This document shows positions 7,182-14,917 of a stretch of 64,000 nucleotides of DNA, piece by piece. Made by a program: the position numbers and the translations under genes. The stretch is taken from positions 1 to 64,000 of IMG/VR virus record IMGVR_UViG_3300042472_000301; one strand, 5' to 3'. The notes below the pieces were generated by a model, which saw only the letters and a program-made list of their open reading frames with translations, was not told the origin of the DNA and searched no databases. Position 1 is the first letter of the stretch. Each line of letters starts with the position of its first letter. The DNA is from a virus.

Positions 7182-9063
7182 CTTTGAAACCCGTAGCCAC
7201 TGTGACCTTAAACGTCACGGTGTCTACAACTACGCCCAAGACGGTACAACTGAAGTGCTGTGTATGTCCTACGCGTTCGATGACGAAGACGTGGCCACTT
7301 GGACGTCCGGCCCATTCCCCCAACGTGTACGCGATCATAAGGGTTTGATCTACGCCCACAACGCAGCCTTTGAGCGCTTAATCTTTTGGTACGTCTTACA
7401 GATCAATTTCAAATTAGAGCAGTTCTATTGCACCGCAACACAAGCGCGCGCAAACTGTGCACCAGGGAGCCTTGAAGATGTGGGCCGGTTCGCCGGTGCA
7501 AGCATGAAGAAGGATTACCGTGGCGCACAGCTTATCCGTGCGCTATGTGTACCGCCGTTTAAAGACGACCCTGCGCTGATGCTTGAAATGGTGCAATACT
7601 GTGAGCAAGACGTGCGCGCCATGCGCGCGGTTAGCCAAAGCCTACGCCCCTTATCTAATGAGGAGTTATTTGATTATCATGTCAACGAAAAAATCAACGA
7701 CCGAGGTGTACTGGTGGACGTGCCTCTTGCCAGCGCAGCCATCTCTTACGCGGCCATTGAACTCGCGGACATACAGTCCATTGTCAGAACCGTCACCAAT
7801 GGCGCGATCACGTCAGTCCGCTCGCCGAAGATGCGCGAATGGGTTAAAGAAAGACTAAGCCCCGAACAACTTAAACTAATGGAAGTGGAAGATGGAAAAT
7901 ATTCAATCGACAAGCGCGTACGCGCAAACTTACTTGCGGTCGAAGACCTACCGCCCGACGTTGCCGAGGTTATCCAATGTGCCGATGATCTCTGGGCGTC
8001 GTCGGTCGCAAAGTTCTCACGCTTACGCGACTTGGCAGATGTGGAGGACAATCGCGTCCGTGGAGCCTTTGTGTTCGCCGGAGGATCGGCTACTGGTCGT
8101 GCGTCTAGCTATGGCGCGCAAGTACACAACTTCACACGCAAGTGCGCCAAAGCGCCCGAGTCTGTTAGAGAGAGCATGGTTCTCAGACAGCCCATCGTTC
8201 CCCGTTTTGGCAAAAGAGTTACTGACGTTCTAAAGGGTATGTTACGCCCCGCGATCATACCCGCCAAGGGTAAGTCCTTGGTGGTCGCCGACTGGAGTCA
8301 GATCGAAGCGCGGATGACCCCGTGGTTGTCAGGGCGCGGCGATGACGTGCTAGACGTGTTCCGGTCGGGCCGCGATATTTATGTGCGTGAGGCGGCGGCG
8401 ATGTACAAGATACCCGAGTCCGAAGTCACCCTTGACCAAAGGCAGATCGGTAAGGTCGCAATCCTCGCTTGCGGGTTCGGTGGTGGCATTGGCGCGTTCT
8501 CTGCGATGGGTCGCGCCTACGGATTGACCATGACCGAGTCGGACGCGCAGCGTACCGTTGATGCCTGGCGCCGTGCAAACCAATGGGCCGTCAGGTATTG
8601 GCAAGAGTTGGAAACTGGTTACATGATTGCTATGCGTAACAAGGGCAAAGAAATCGTGGCGGGTAGGGTAACCTACCTGTATGACGGGCAGCATCTATGG
8701 TACGCTTTACCCTCGGGTCGCATCCTCTGTTACCCCTACGCCAAACTTGAAGAAGATGGAATTTCATACGCCAAAGCAGCATGGAAGCCCGCCGCCGACG
8801 CTAAAGAGTGGCCGCGCGCGCGATTATGGCGTGGCTTGGCCTGTGAGAACATCACCCAAGCCTGTGCGAACGACGTACTACGTTACGCTCTCCGAGCCCT
8901 TGACGACGTTGTACTCCACGTTCACGACGAAATTGTTATTGAAACCGATCAGCCCGAAACCGTCACCGAGCGGTTAAGGCAAGTTATGTGTACGCCGCCC
9001 CCGTGGGCGCAAGGTCTGCCACTAGACGCCGAGATTCAAACAATGACTCGGTACGGCAAGTAA
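7168..9063 (+). CDS. DNA polymerase, family A (APSE-like) with 3'-5' exonuclease
   Basis: DFET, AHNAAFER, TGR, ADWSQIEAR (motif A), RQIGKVAILACGFG (motif B), HVHDEI (motif C). Likely ATG at 7168. Confidence 0.95.
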   Translation: MLWVDFETRSHCDLKRHGVYNYAQDGTTEVLCMSYAFDDEDVATWTSGPFPQRVRDHKGLIYAHNAAFERLIFWYVLQINFKLEQFYCTATQARANCAPGSLEDVGRFAGASMKKDYRGAQLIRALCVPPFKDDPALMLEMVQYCEQDVRAMRAVSQSLRPLSNEELFDYHVNEKINDRGVLVDVPLASAAISYAAIELADIQSIVRTVTNGAITSVRSPKMREWVKERLSPEQLKLMEVEDGKYSIDKRVRANLLAVEDLPPDVAEVIQCADDLWASSVAKFSRLRDLADVEDNRVRGAFVFAGGSATGRASSYGAQVHNFTRKCAKAPESVRESMVLRQPIVPRFGKRVTDVLKGMLRPAIIPAKGKSLVVADWSQIEARMTPWLSGRGDDVLDVFRSGRDIYVREAAAMYKIPESEVTLDQRQIGKVAILACGFGGGIGAFSAMGRAYGLTMTESDAQRTVDAWRRANQWAVRYWQELETGYMIAMRNKGKEIVAGRVTYLYDGQHLWYALPSGRILCYPYAKLEEDGISYAKAAWKPAADAKEWPRARLWRGLACENITQACANDVLRYALRALDDVVLHVHDEIVIETDQPETVTERLRQVMCTPPPWAQGLPLDAEIQTMTRYGK

Positions 9064-9090
9064 AAAAAAAGCCACCGGCTAGGGTGGCTT
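9062..9090 (-). terminator. Hairpin AAGCCACC/GGTGGCTT with U-tract on the minus strand
   Basis: 8-bp stem preceded by an A9 run on +. Confidence 0.55.
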
Positions 9091-9113
9091 AAAAACAACT
9101 AAGGAGTATTGCA

Positions 9114-11426
9114 TTGGACTTCGTCGATTATATTTCAAAAGTCGCCCCTGAGGGTGAAACTTGTCTATTAGTCAAGCAAAAGCCTGTTGGAAAAGAACAA
9201 CACGCCGATGGTACGATTAAGGCGACATGGCCAGCTTTTTACCCCCATGAGTACAAAGAGGGCGGCGCATGGTACGCCAACACAGCCTCATTTGTTGTTG
9301 ATCGCTTTAAGAGTAAACCGAGCGCGTCGATCCACAATTGCGACCATGTTGCCTTTCTTGTGCTTGATGACGTGGGCACTAAATCGAAAGCGCCCCCGCT
9401 CGAGCCCACTTGGAAAATCGAAACTTCCCCCGATAACTTTCAATGGGGTTATACGTTTGCCCTAGACGATCAACCCACGCACCAAGTTTTTAGCGCAGCT
9501 ATCAAAGCGATAGCCGAGGCGGGTTACACCGACAAAGGCGCGTGCAACGCCGTACGCAACTTTAGGATACCAGGGAGCGTTAACCTCAAGCCCGAGCGTA
9601 ACGGGTTCAAGTCGGTGTTAACCGAATTTCACCCCGAGCGTGAGTTTAGTTTGCCGCAAATTATGGGCGCGTTCGGGGTGACTTCCGGCCCCGTCGAATC
9701 CAACGCGTACCGGCCGATCAAGATAGACGACGACGGCACCGATAACATCTTTGCGTGGTTGGCTGAGAATAGTTTAGTCATTAGTCGCCCGAACTCGGAG
9801 GGCTGGGCGGGCGTGGTGTGCCCCAATGCACACGAACACACAGACGGCAACCCGCAAGGGCGTTATAACCCGTCTATGCGCGCCTATTGCTGCTTGCATT
9901 CGCATTGCTTACAACTCGATAGCCATATCTTCCTTGAATGGGTGGAAGGCCAAGGCGGGCCGAGCGCGGCGCCTGGTTTACGCGATGAACTGTTAGCCAA
10001 GACAATGGCCAAGGCATATGAAATTATCGCCCCCACGGCCGCTTTTCCTGATGATGTTAAAAAGCGTCAAACCGAGATTGAAAACCGAGAGCTCGGGCGC
10101 GTACAAAAGCGCGAGTGGTTCGGGCGGTTCGCTTACATTCAGTCCGACGATAGCTATTTTGACTTGCAAGACCGACGCGAGATTAGCCGAGGCACGTTTA
10201 ACGCACTGTTTCGCCACGTCATTTGCAAGTCAATCCGCACCGGTCGCCATATTGAGGCCTCAGTCTGTTTTGATGAACTGCGCCAAGAGAACGGCGCCCC
10301 CGCGTTGGTGGGGATAACGTACGCGGCCGGCGATACCGTCTTGGTTAGCCGAGGCGGTGACGTGTACGGCAATAGGTGGCGCGACGCTCGGCCCGTAGCG
10401 GTGCCTGGCGACATTACCCCGTGGCTTGAGCATTGTAGGCACCTAGTGCCCGACGCGGATACGCTTGAGCATTGTTTTAACGTCATGGCCTATAAGCTGC
10501 AACACCCGCAAACCAAGATCAACCACGCGGTGCTACATACCGGCGTACAGGGTTCGGGCAAAGACACCATGTGGCACCCGTTTATATGGGCCGTATGTGG
10601 CGATAACGCCGTGAACCGTGGCCTGTTGGACTCCGACACTATGTCGTCACAGTTTAATTACGCGCTTGAGAGCGAGATACTGATACTCAACGAATTACGC
10701 GAGCCCGACGCCAAAGACAGGCGCGCCCTGGCGAACAAATTAAAGCCCATCATCGCCGCGCCCCCCGAGTACCTGTCGATCAATCGTAAGGGCCTGAAAC
10801 CGTACGATATGGTGAACAGGTGTATGGTACTGGCGTTTAGTAATGACGCGGTGCCCATTACCCTTGATAGTCAGGATCGGCGCTGGTTTGCCCTTAAATC
10901 AAACGCCCCCCGCATGGCCCCCGAGGTGAGCGCCAAAATATGGGCATGGTTTGCCCGTGGTGGCGTGGCCGCGTGCGCGGCGTGGCTTGCGGCCCGTGAT
11001 GTTTCGGCGTTTAACCCGTCGGCCGCGCCTCCCGTGACTGAATTTAAGTTAACCCTAATCGAACAGGGTATGAGCGCAAATGAGTCGTACCTAGTCGATA
11101 TGATCCGCGAGCGCCGAGGGGTGTTCGCCGGTGGCGTCATAGCGAGCCCCTTTCACGTTATTTGTGACACGTTATCTCTCAACGCACCAGGCACCTATAA
11201 GGTTAGCCAGGGCGCCCTATTGCACGCGTTACTCGAGTGCAGTTGGTTCGACTGTGGCCGGTTAGCCACGCGTGAGCTCACCACCAAAAAACAGGTTTAT
11301 TGTGCGCCTGATATGGTGGGATATAAAAAATCAGAGCTGCGCGTAATGGCCGAAGGCTTGGTAGTGCGGGCCGGTACACCGCTCGCGGCCGTAACACATC
11401 TAAAGCCCGTAAAAAACGCCCCGTAG
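9114..11426 (+). CDS. Primase (RepB-like/AEP) fused to SF3-type helicase (DUF5906-like); TTG start
   Basis: VLDDVG, ETSPDNFQW, FRIPGS.N, CP..H...CLHSHC zinc motif, GVQGSGKD Walker A, DRRW; AAGGAG RBS. Confidence 0.88.
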   Translation: MDFVDYISKVAPEGETCLLVKQKPVGKEQHADGTIKATWPAFYPHEYKEGGAWYANTASFVVDRFKSKPSASIHNCDHVAFLVLDDVGTKSKAPPLEPTWKIETSPDNFQWGYTFALDDQPTHQVFSAAIKAIAEAGYTDKGACNAVRNFRIPGSVNLKPERNGFKSVLTEFHPEREFSLPQIMGAFGVTSGPVESNAYRPIKIDDDGTDNIFAWLAENSLVISRPNSEGWAGVVCPNAHEHTDGNPQGRYNPSMRAYCCLHSHCLQLDSHIFLEWVEGQGGPSAAPGLRDELLAKTMAKAYEIIAPTAAFPDDVKKRQTEIENRELGRVQKREWFGRFAYIQSDDSYFDLQDRREISRGTFNALFRHVICKSIRTGRHIEASVCFDELRQENGAPALVGITYAAGDTVLVSRGGDVYGNRWRDARPVAVPGDITPWLEHCRHLVPDADTLEHCFNVMAYKLQHPQTKINHAVLHTGVQGSGKDTMWHPFIWAVCGDNAVNRGLLDSDTMSSQFNYALESEILILNELREPDAKDRRALANKLKPIIAAPPEYLSINRKGLKPYDMVNRCMVLAFSNDAVPITLDSQDRRWFALKSNAPRMAPEVSAKIWAWFARGGVAACAAWLAARDVSAFNPSAAPPVTEFKLTLIEQGMSANESYLVDMIRERRGVFAGGVIASPFHVICDTLSLNAPGTYKVSQGALLHALLECSWFDCGRLATRELTTKKQVYCAPDMVGYKKSELRVMAEGLVVRAGTPLAAVTHLKPVKNAP

Positions 11427-11432
11427 GGCGTT
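11411..11432 (-). terminator. Intrinsic terminator of the leftward early operon
   Basis: AACGCCC/GGGCGTT stem; U-run on minus; at the convergence point. Confidence 0.65.
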
Positions 11433-11449
11433 GTGTGGTGTGAGATGGT

Positions 11450-11512
11450 TTATAAGTCAAAGACTAGAATCATTAGAATGACGATAGCGGCCGCAATAAG
11501 TGAGATTGTCAT
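11450..11512 (-). CDS. 20-aa hydrophobic peptide (MTISLIAAAIVILMILVFDL)
   Basis: Read by hand; ATGA overlap with the upstream stop. Confidence 0.5.
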   Translation of the reverse strand: MTISLIAAAIVILMILVFDL

Positions 11513-11712
11513 AACGGCATTAGCCCCGCGAATAAAGGGCTTAGGCGCGGGATATAAGCGCCGATATCGGCCGGAAAAACCCGTTTGATATACCCACGCT
11601 CGCACATTGAGCGCAGGGTTACGGTGTCGCCTATTGAGTAGACTGTATAGGCACGGTTGCGAACGTGCACAACGTCGCCCACGTCGACCGGCTGGCCTGT
11701 TTTATATTTCAT
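11509..11712 (-). CDS. Small SH3-like hypothetical protein
   Basis: GQPVDVGDVV pattern; coupled chain. Confidence 0.65.
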   Translation of the reverse strand: MKYKTGQPVDVGDVVHVRNRAYTVYSIGDTVTLRSMCERGYIKRVFPADIGAYIPRLSPLFAGLMPL

Positions 11713-11927
11713 AATGTTAGCCCCTCGGTGTAATAATTATTTAAAGCATCAGCAAGGCCGGTGCCGTGTTCGCATTGATACACCCAAACAACGTCACAAT
11801 CAGGGTAAGCGTTTAGGCATTGTTCCTCGGCGTGCTCGGTATCCTCGGCCCATGCCTGAAAGGAAAACGGCGCGTTTAATGGGCTTTGTATGCTTTCAAT
11901 GCGATATAAAATTACATAGTTTTTCAT
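11709..11927 (-). CDS. Hypothetical early protein
   Basis: F.AWAED.EHA.EQC..AYP motif; coupled chain. Confidence 0.7.
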   Translation of the reverse strand: MKNYVILYRIESIQSPLNAPFSFQAWAEDTEHAEEQCLNAYPDCDVVWVYQCEHGTGLADALNNYYTEGLTL

Positions 11928-12112
11928 GTTGTGGCCTTATCGTTGATTAACTGGTACATATTCCAGCCAATGGTTAACACTTGCTCGCCGTTATCAATCA
12001 TAAAGTTATAGGCCCACCGGTCGGCGTCGTGCCATTCAGGACAACTAATAGGCGCCGTTTTAATGTGGTGCCAACCGTGGTTGTCGTTTTTAGCGTGATA
12101 GGCTAATTTCAT
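11924..12112 (-). CDS. Hypothetical early protein
   Basis: GAGG RBS; coupled chain. Confidence 0.65.
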   Translation of the reverse strand: MKLAYHAKNDNHGWHHIKTAPISCPEWHDADRWAYNFMIDNGEQVLTIGWNMYQLINDKATT

Positions 12113-12360
12113 GGCGCCACCTCAATGGGGAAATATTGCCGAACCGTAATACAGTTAGCGTGCAAGCCGCTTATTTCATCGCGGGCAAAATAACCTTCGT
12201 CGTCGCCTTCGATATCCCAATGACCTTGAGGTTTATGGTTTTCTGCTAACCACTCGGTTAACTGTTTTTCTTCCGCATCATCTAGGCCCGTGTAATCGGC
12301 GTTGATAATGGCGCTGGCCCAATGGTCAGCCAGGGTATAGGTGTAATGGTCGAATTTCAT
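12109..12360 (-). CDS. Acidic hypothetical early protein (W...IINADYTGLDD.E family)
   Basis: GGAGG RBS; recurring phage/plasmid motif. Confidence 0.7.
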   Translation of the reverse strand: MKFDHYTYTLADHWASAIINADYTGLDDAEEKQLTEWLAENHKPQGHWDIEGDDEGYFARDEISGLHANCITVRQYFPIEVAP

Positions 12361-12623
12361 AATGTCACCTCCAGGCCTTTAATAAACGCTTGCATAGCGT
12401 TGTAAAGCTCGCGCTTTGTGCTGTGGCCATTACTTAACGGGCAAGTAATGCCACCGCCTTCGTTAACGTGGCGATGCAAGCAAACGCCACCGTACGCGTG
12501 CGAGATATGATAATTGCCCACGTTGGCGCGGCCATTGGCCCAGGGCGCCGTTGGGCTTTTTGTAATAGTGTTGAGATACTCACAAAGTGAGTCTAATTGT
12601 TTATCAGTAATACGTTGTGTCAT
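12357..12623 (-). CDS. Hypothetical early protein
   Basis: AYGG..L...N.GGG...KRELY motif; TAAGG RBS. Confidence 0.75.
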   Translation of the reverse strand: MTQRITDKQLDSLCEYLNTITKSPTAPWANGRANVGNYHISHAYGGVCLHRHVNEGGGITCPLSNGHSTKRELYNAMQAFIKGLEVTL

Positions 12624-12648
12624 TTTTATCTACCTTAGTGAAGTTTAT

Positions 12649-12666
12649 GGCCCGCTTGCGCGGGCC
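12649..12666 (-). promoter_or_regulatory. GCAA-tetraloop hairpin in gene leader, copy 1
   Basis: GGCCCGC-GCAA-GCGGGCC just upstream of a CTAAGG RBS. Confidence 0.6.
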
Positions 12667-12675
12667 CGAGTGGTG

Positions 12676-13260
12676 CTACATGAAATCGCGGTTAAAGCCA
12701 GCGTACGGCGCCTCATGGCCGGCTCGCATGGGCATTACAACCACTAAACAAGTATTAACGCCGGCGTGCATTACGGCGCTATCAGAGCCGCGCTGAATGA
12801 AATTAAACGTGTCTTTGGGCTTAACACCGAGATACAGCGACAGGGCCGCGCGACCGCGCACCAATAAATCAGGGTTATAAGTGCCTGGCGCTTGCTCGGT
12901 GTTATGGTCAATATCGGGGATAACGCGACCAATATCAGGATAACGGCCGTCGACGGGCACAAAGCGCGCGCCACCTAAAAGATAATTTTGGCCGTCGAAC
13001 TCGAGATCTGTAAACTCGGCTTTTTTGTCTAAGCGTTTAACCGCATCTGTGGGGATAATGAGATTGAGCGTTGGTGGGCAATAGTCGCCCTCATAAGGCA
13101 ATTGGCCCGCAAAAAGTATATGACCATCGGTACCGTAAACCATTCCCACGCCTATTTTCTTGATCTGAATATTGATACCTTGCAAGTAATACCGAATATC
13201 TTTTTTGGCCGCGCACTCGAGCGCAGCAAATAGGGGTAATGTTTTAACTGTGATTTTCAT
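12676..13260 (-). CDS. DNA polymerase III beta-clamp-like protein (truncated, 194 aa)
   Basis: DIRYYLQG, GTDGHIL, DGRYPD..RVIP, VVMPMR are DnaN middle and C-terminal domain motifs. Confidence 0.8.
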   Translation of the reverse strand: MKITVKTLPLFAALECAAKKDIRYYLQGINIQIKKIGVGMVYGTDGHILFAGQLPYEGDYCPPTLNLIIPTDAVKRLDKKAEFTDLEFDGQNYLLGGARFVPVDGRYPDIGRVIPDIDHNTEQAPGTYNPDLLVRGRAALSLYLGVKPKDTFNFIQRGSDSAVMHAGVNTCLVVVMPMRAGHEAPYAGFNRDFM

Positions 13261-13284
13261 TTTTTAACCTTAGTGAAGTGAAGT

Positions 13285-13356
13285 TTAGATAAAGCAAGCC
13301 AGCAACAAAGCCAGGCACATAAGTAAAGCTGCGACGATATCGGAAAATTTAGACAT
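13285..13356 (-). CDS. 23-aa hydrophobic peptide (MSKFSDIVAALLMCLALLLACFI)
   Basis: Read by hand; AAGGTG RBS; starts just after the upstream stop. Confidence 0.5.
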   Translation of the reverse strand: MSKFSDIVAALLMCLALLLACFI

Positions 13357-13357
13357 A

Positions 13358-13591
13358 TTAGGCACCTTTTAAGTTAGCGGCAGCGGAAAAGGGCTCGGCA
13401 GCCGGCGCGCATTCGCGGCAAATACAGGGCACAACATCAGTTTTAACGGCTGCGCGAATCTCGGCCACGGTATCAAACCCGCGAACGTGCACAATATCGT
13501 CGCACCAACGCCAACCACACGGCAGGAAAACCATATAGCCATCTTCGCATTCGTCGACGTCAGTTTTAAAATTAAGTTTGAATTTAGACAT
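13358..13591 (-). CDS. Cys-rich hypothetical early protein
   Basis: PCICREC; TAAGG RBS. Confidence 0.7.
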   Translation of the reverse strand: MSKFKLNFKTDVDECEDGYMVFLPCGWRWCDDIVHVRGFDTVAEIRAAVKTDVVPCICRECAPAAEPFSAAANLKGA

Positions 13592-13610
13592 ATTGAACCC
13601 TTAGAGTAAT

Positions 13611-13626
13611 GGCCGCTTGCGCGGCC
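13611..13626 (-). promoter_or_regulatory. GCAA-tetraloop hairpin in gene leader, copy 2
   Basis: GGCCGC-GCAA-GCGGCC upstream of a CTAAGG RBS. Confidence 0.6.
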
Positions 13627-13634
13627 GGTTGTAT

Positions 13635-13823
13635 TTAGCAAATAAAATCGGGATGGTTAGTCACGCCAAACTGCGCGGCCAACGTGCGCAGCTCGGCCTG
13701 TTCAGTTTTACGTAATGATGCGCGAATCATAAATGACAGGCCGCGCGCGATGGCGCCGGTGTTACCAAGTGCCTGGCTTTGTTTTAGGATTACTAATTGT
13801 TTTAGGTTTGCTTTGGTTAACAT
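13635..13823 (-). CDS. Hypothetical protein, first gene of early operon
   Basis: TAAGG RBS directly after the promoter. Confidence 0.7.
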   Translation of the reverse strand: MLTKANLKQLVILKQSQALGNTGAIARGLSFMIRASLRKTEQAELRTLAAQFGVTNHPDFIC

Positions 13824-13854
13824 TTTGTGCCCTTAGTTGTTTAACTGAGATTCT

Positions 13855-13883
13855 ATTGTACATGAATTTATAGCTTTGTACAA
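13855..13883 (-). promoter_or_regulatory. Sigma70-type promoter of the leftward early operon
   Basis: TTGTAC-17 nt-TACAAT on the minus strand. Confidence 0.65.
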
Positions 13884-13894
13884 CTATTTATAGC

Positions 13895-14170
13895 ATAAAG
13901 CTCACAAAAGCTCACAAAATGTAGGGCACTTCAGGGTAATGAAAGGGCAACGCAAAAGGGCGCGAAGTGCTTTCAGAAAATGCCTTATAAATTATCGGTT
14001 TATGTGCTTTGTAGGGTAATGAGGGTTATTTATTAGATTAGATAGTAAGATTTTAAATATACTGTATATACGTACAGCAGTATATATGTCGGCGCAGTTG
14101 GCACGCGCACAACGTAGCAGGCCACTGGACTTTGTGGGCATTGCCTACATTGCCTACATTGCCTACAAGT
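13895..14170. repeat. Origin-like region: GTAGGG(C/T)A / ATTGCCTAC repeats in inverted arrangement around an AT-rich core
   Basis: GTAGGGCA 13921, GTAGGGTAAT 14011, (ATTGCCTAC)x3 14140-14166, (AAGCTCACAA)x2 near 13898. Confidence 0.55.
14060..14079. promoter_or_regulatory. LexA (SOS) box, CTGT-N8-ACAG type
   Basis: TACTGTATATACGTACAGCA matches the E. coli consensus TACTGTATATATATACAGTA at 17/20. Confidence 0.7.
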
Positions 14171-14192
14171 TAAACTTAGTATGCACATAATC

Positions 14193-14310
14193 CTAAGACT
14201 TAGTGAGTACCAGGTGCTAAGATTTAGTGAGTATTTGGCACTAAGACTTAGTGAGCTTGACTAAGACTTAGTGAGCTTGTTGGTTGTCCAACAACCTAAG
14301 ACTTAGTGAG
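14193..14310 (+). repeat. Five copies of CTAAGACTTAGTGAG
   Basis: Starts at 14193, 14217 (1 mismatch), 14241, 14261, 14296; palindromic core CTAAG-N-CTTAG. Confidence 0.9.
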
Positions 14311-14431
14311 CCCAGGCCTTGTGGCATTAAGCATTTTTGAGTGCATGGGGGTAGGGGGGGAGGGCCCTGCGAGGAGCCCTAGCTAGCGGAGGTTATGCCA
14401 ACAAAATTTTTTTATATAATAAATTGCCTAC

Positions 14432-14917
14432 ATGACCTACAATCGCAAAATGCTATCTCTACACTTCACACCCCGCGAAGTCCGCGCCACCGAGTCGCGT
14501 TTGTTGCGCGTCTACGAAGCCGCGAAGTTAGGCCTGTCCAACGACGCCCTAGCATTAAGGGCTGGCATGATGCCCGAGGAGTTTCGTAAACTCTGCCAGC
14601 TAGACCCTGTTGTCGAACTTGCCGCCATGCAAGGCCGCGCGGAAGCGGAAGCGACTATGTCGCAAGTCGTGTATGACGCAGCCGTTGGCGGCGACGCTAA
14701 GATGGCGCTAGAGTTTCTGAAACACAAGCACGATTGGGTCGCCAAGCAGCAAGTGCAAGTCGATGTGACGCAACAGATCAGCATCATCACCGCGCTTGAG
14801 CAAGCCGAACAACGGTTAACTATAGATATGGAACCCACGGATGCAGACGACACAATACAGCGCCGCCGAAGAGATGCGCCTAATGTCGGCGCTTTGGTCA
14901 CCCAAGATCAAGGATGA
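14432..14917 (+). CDS. terS: Terminase small subunit (putative)
   Basis: HTH-like N-terminus, AA.GGD.KMALEFLK...W motif, immediately upstream of the large subunit. Confidence 0.75.
   Translation: MTYNRKMLSLHFTPREVRATESRLLRVYEAAKLGLSNDALALRAGMMPEEFRKLCQLDPVVELAAMQGRAEAEATMSQVVYDAAVGGDAKMALEFLKHKHDWVAKQQVQVDVTQQISIITALEQAEQRLTIDMEPTDADDTIQRRRRDAPNVGALVTQDQG

Noticed and set aside
14193-14310. Mini-CRISPR array
   Set aside because: Repeats are 15 bp with spacers of only 5-20 bp, and no cas operon is present.
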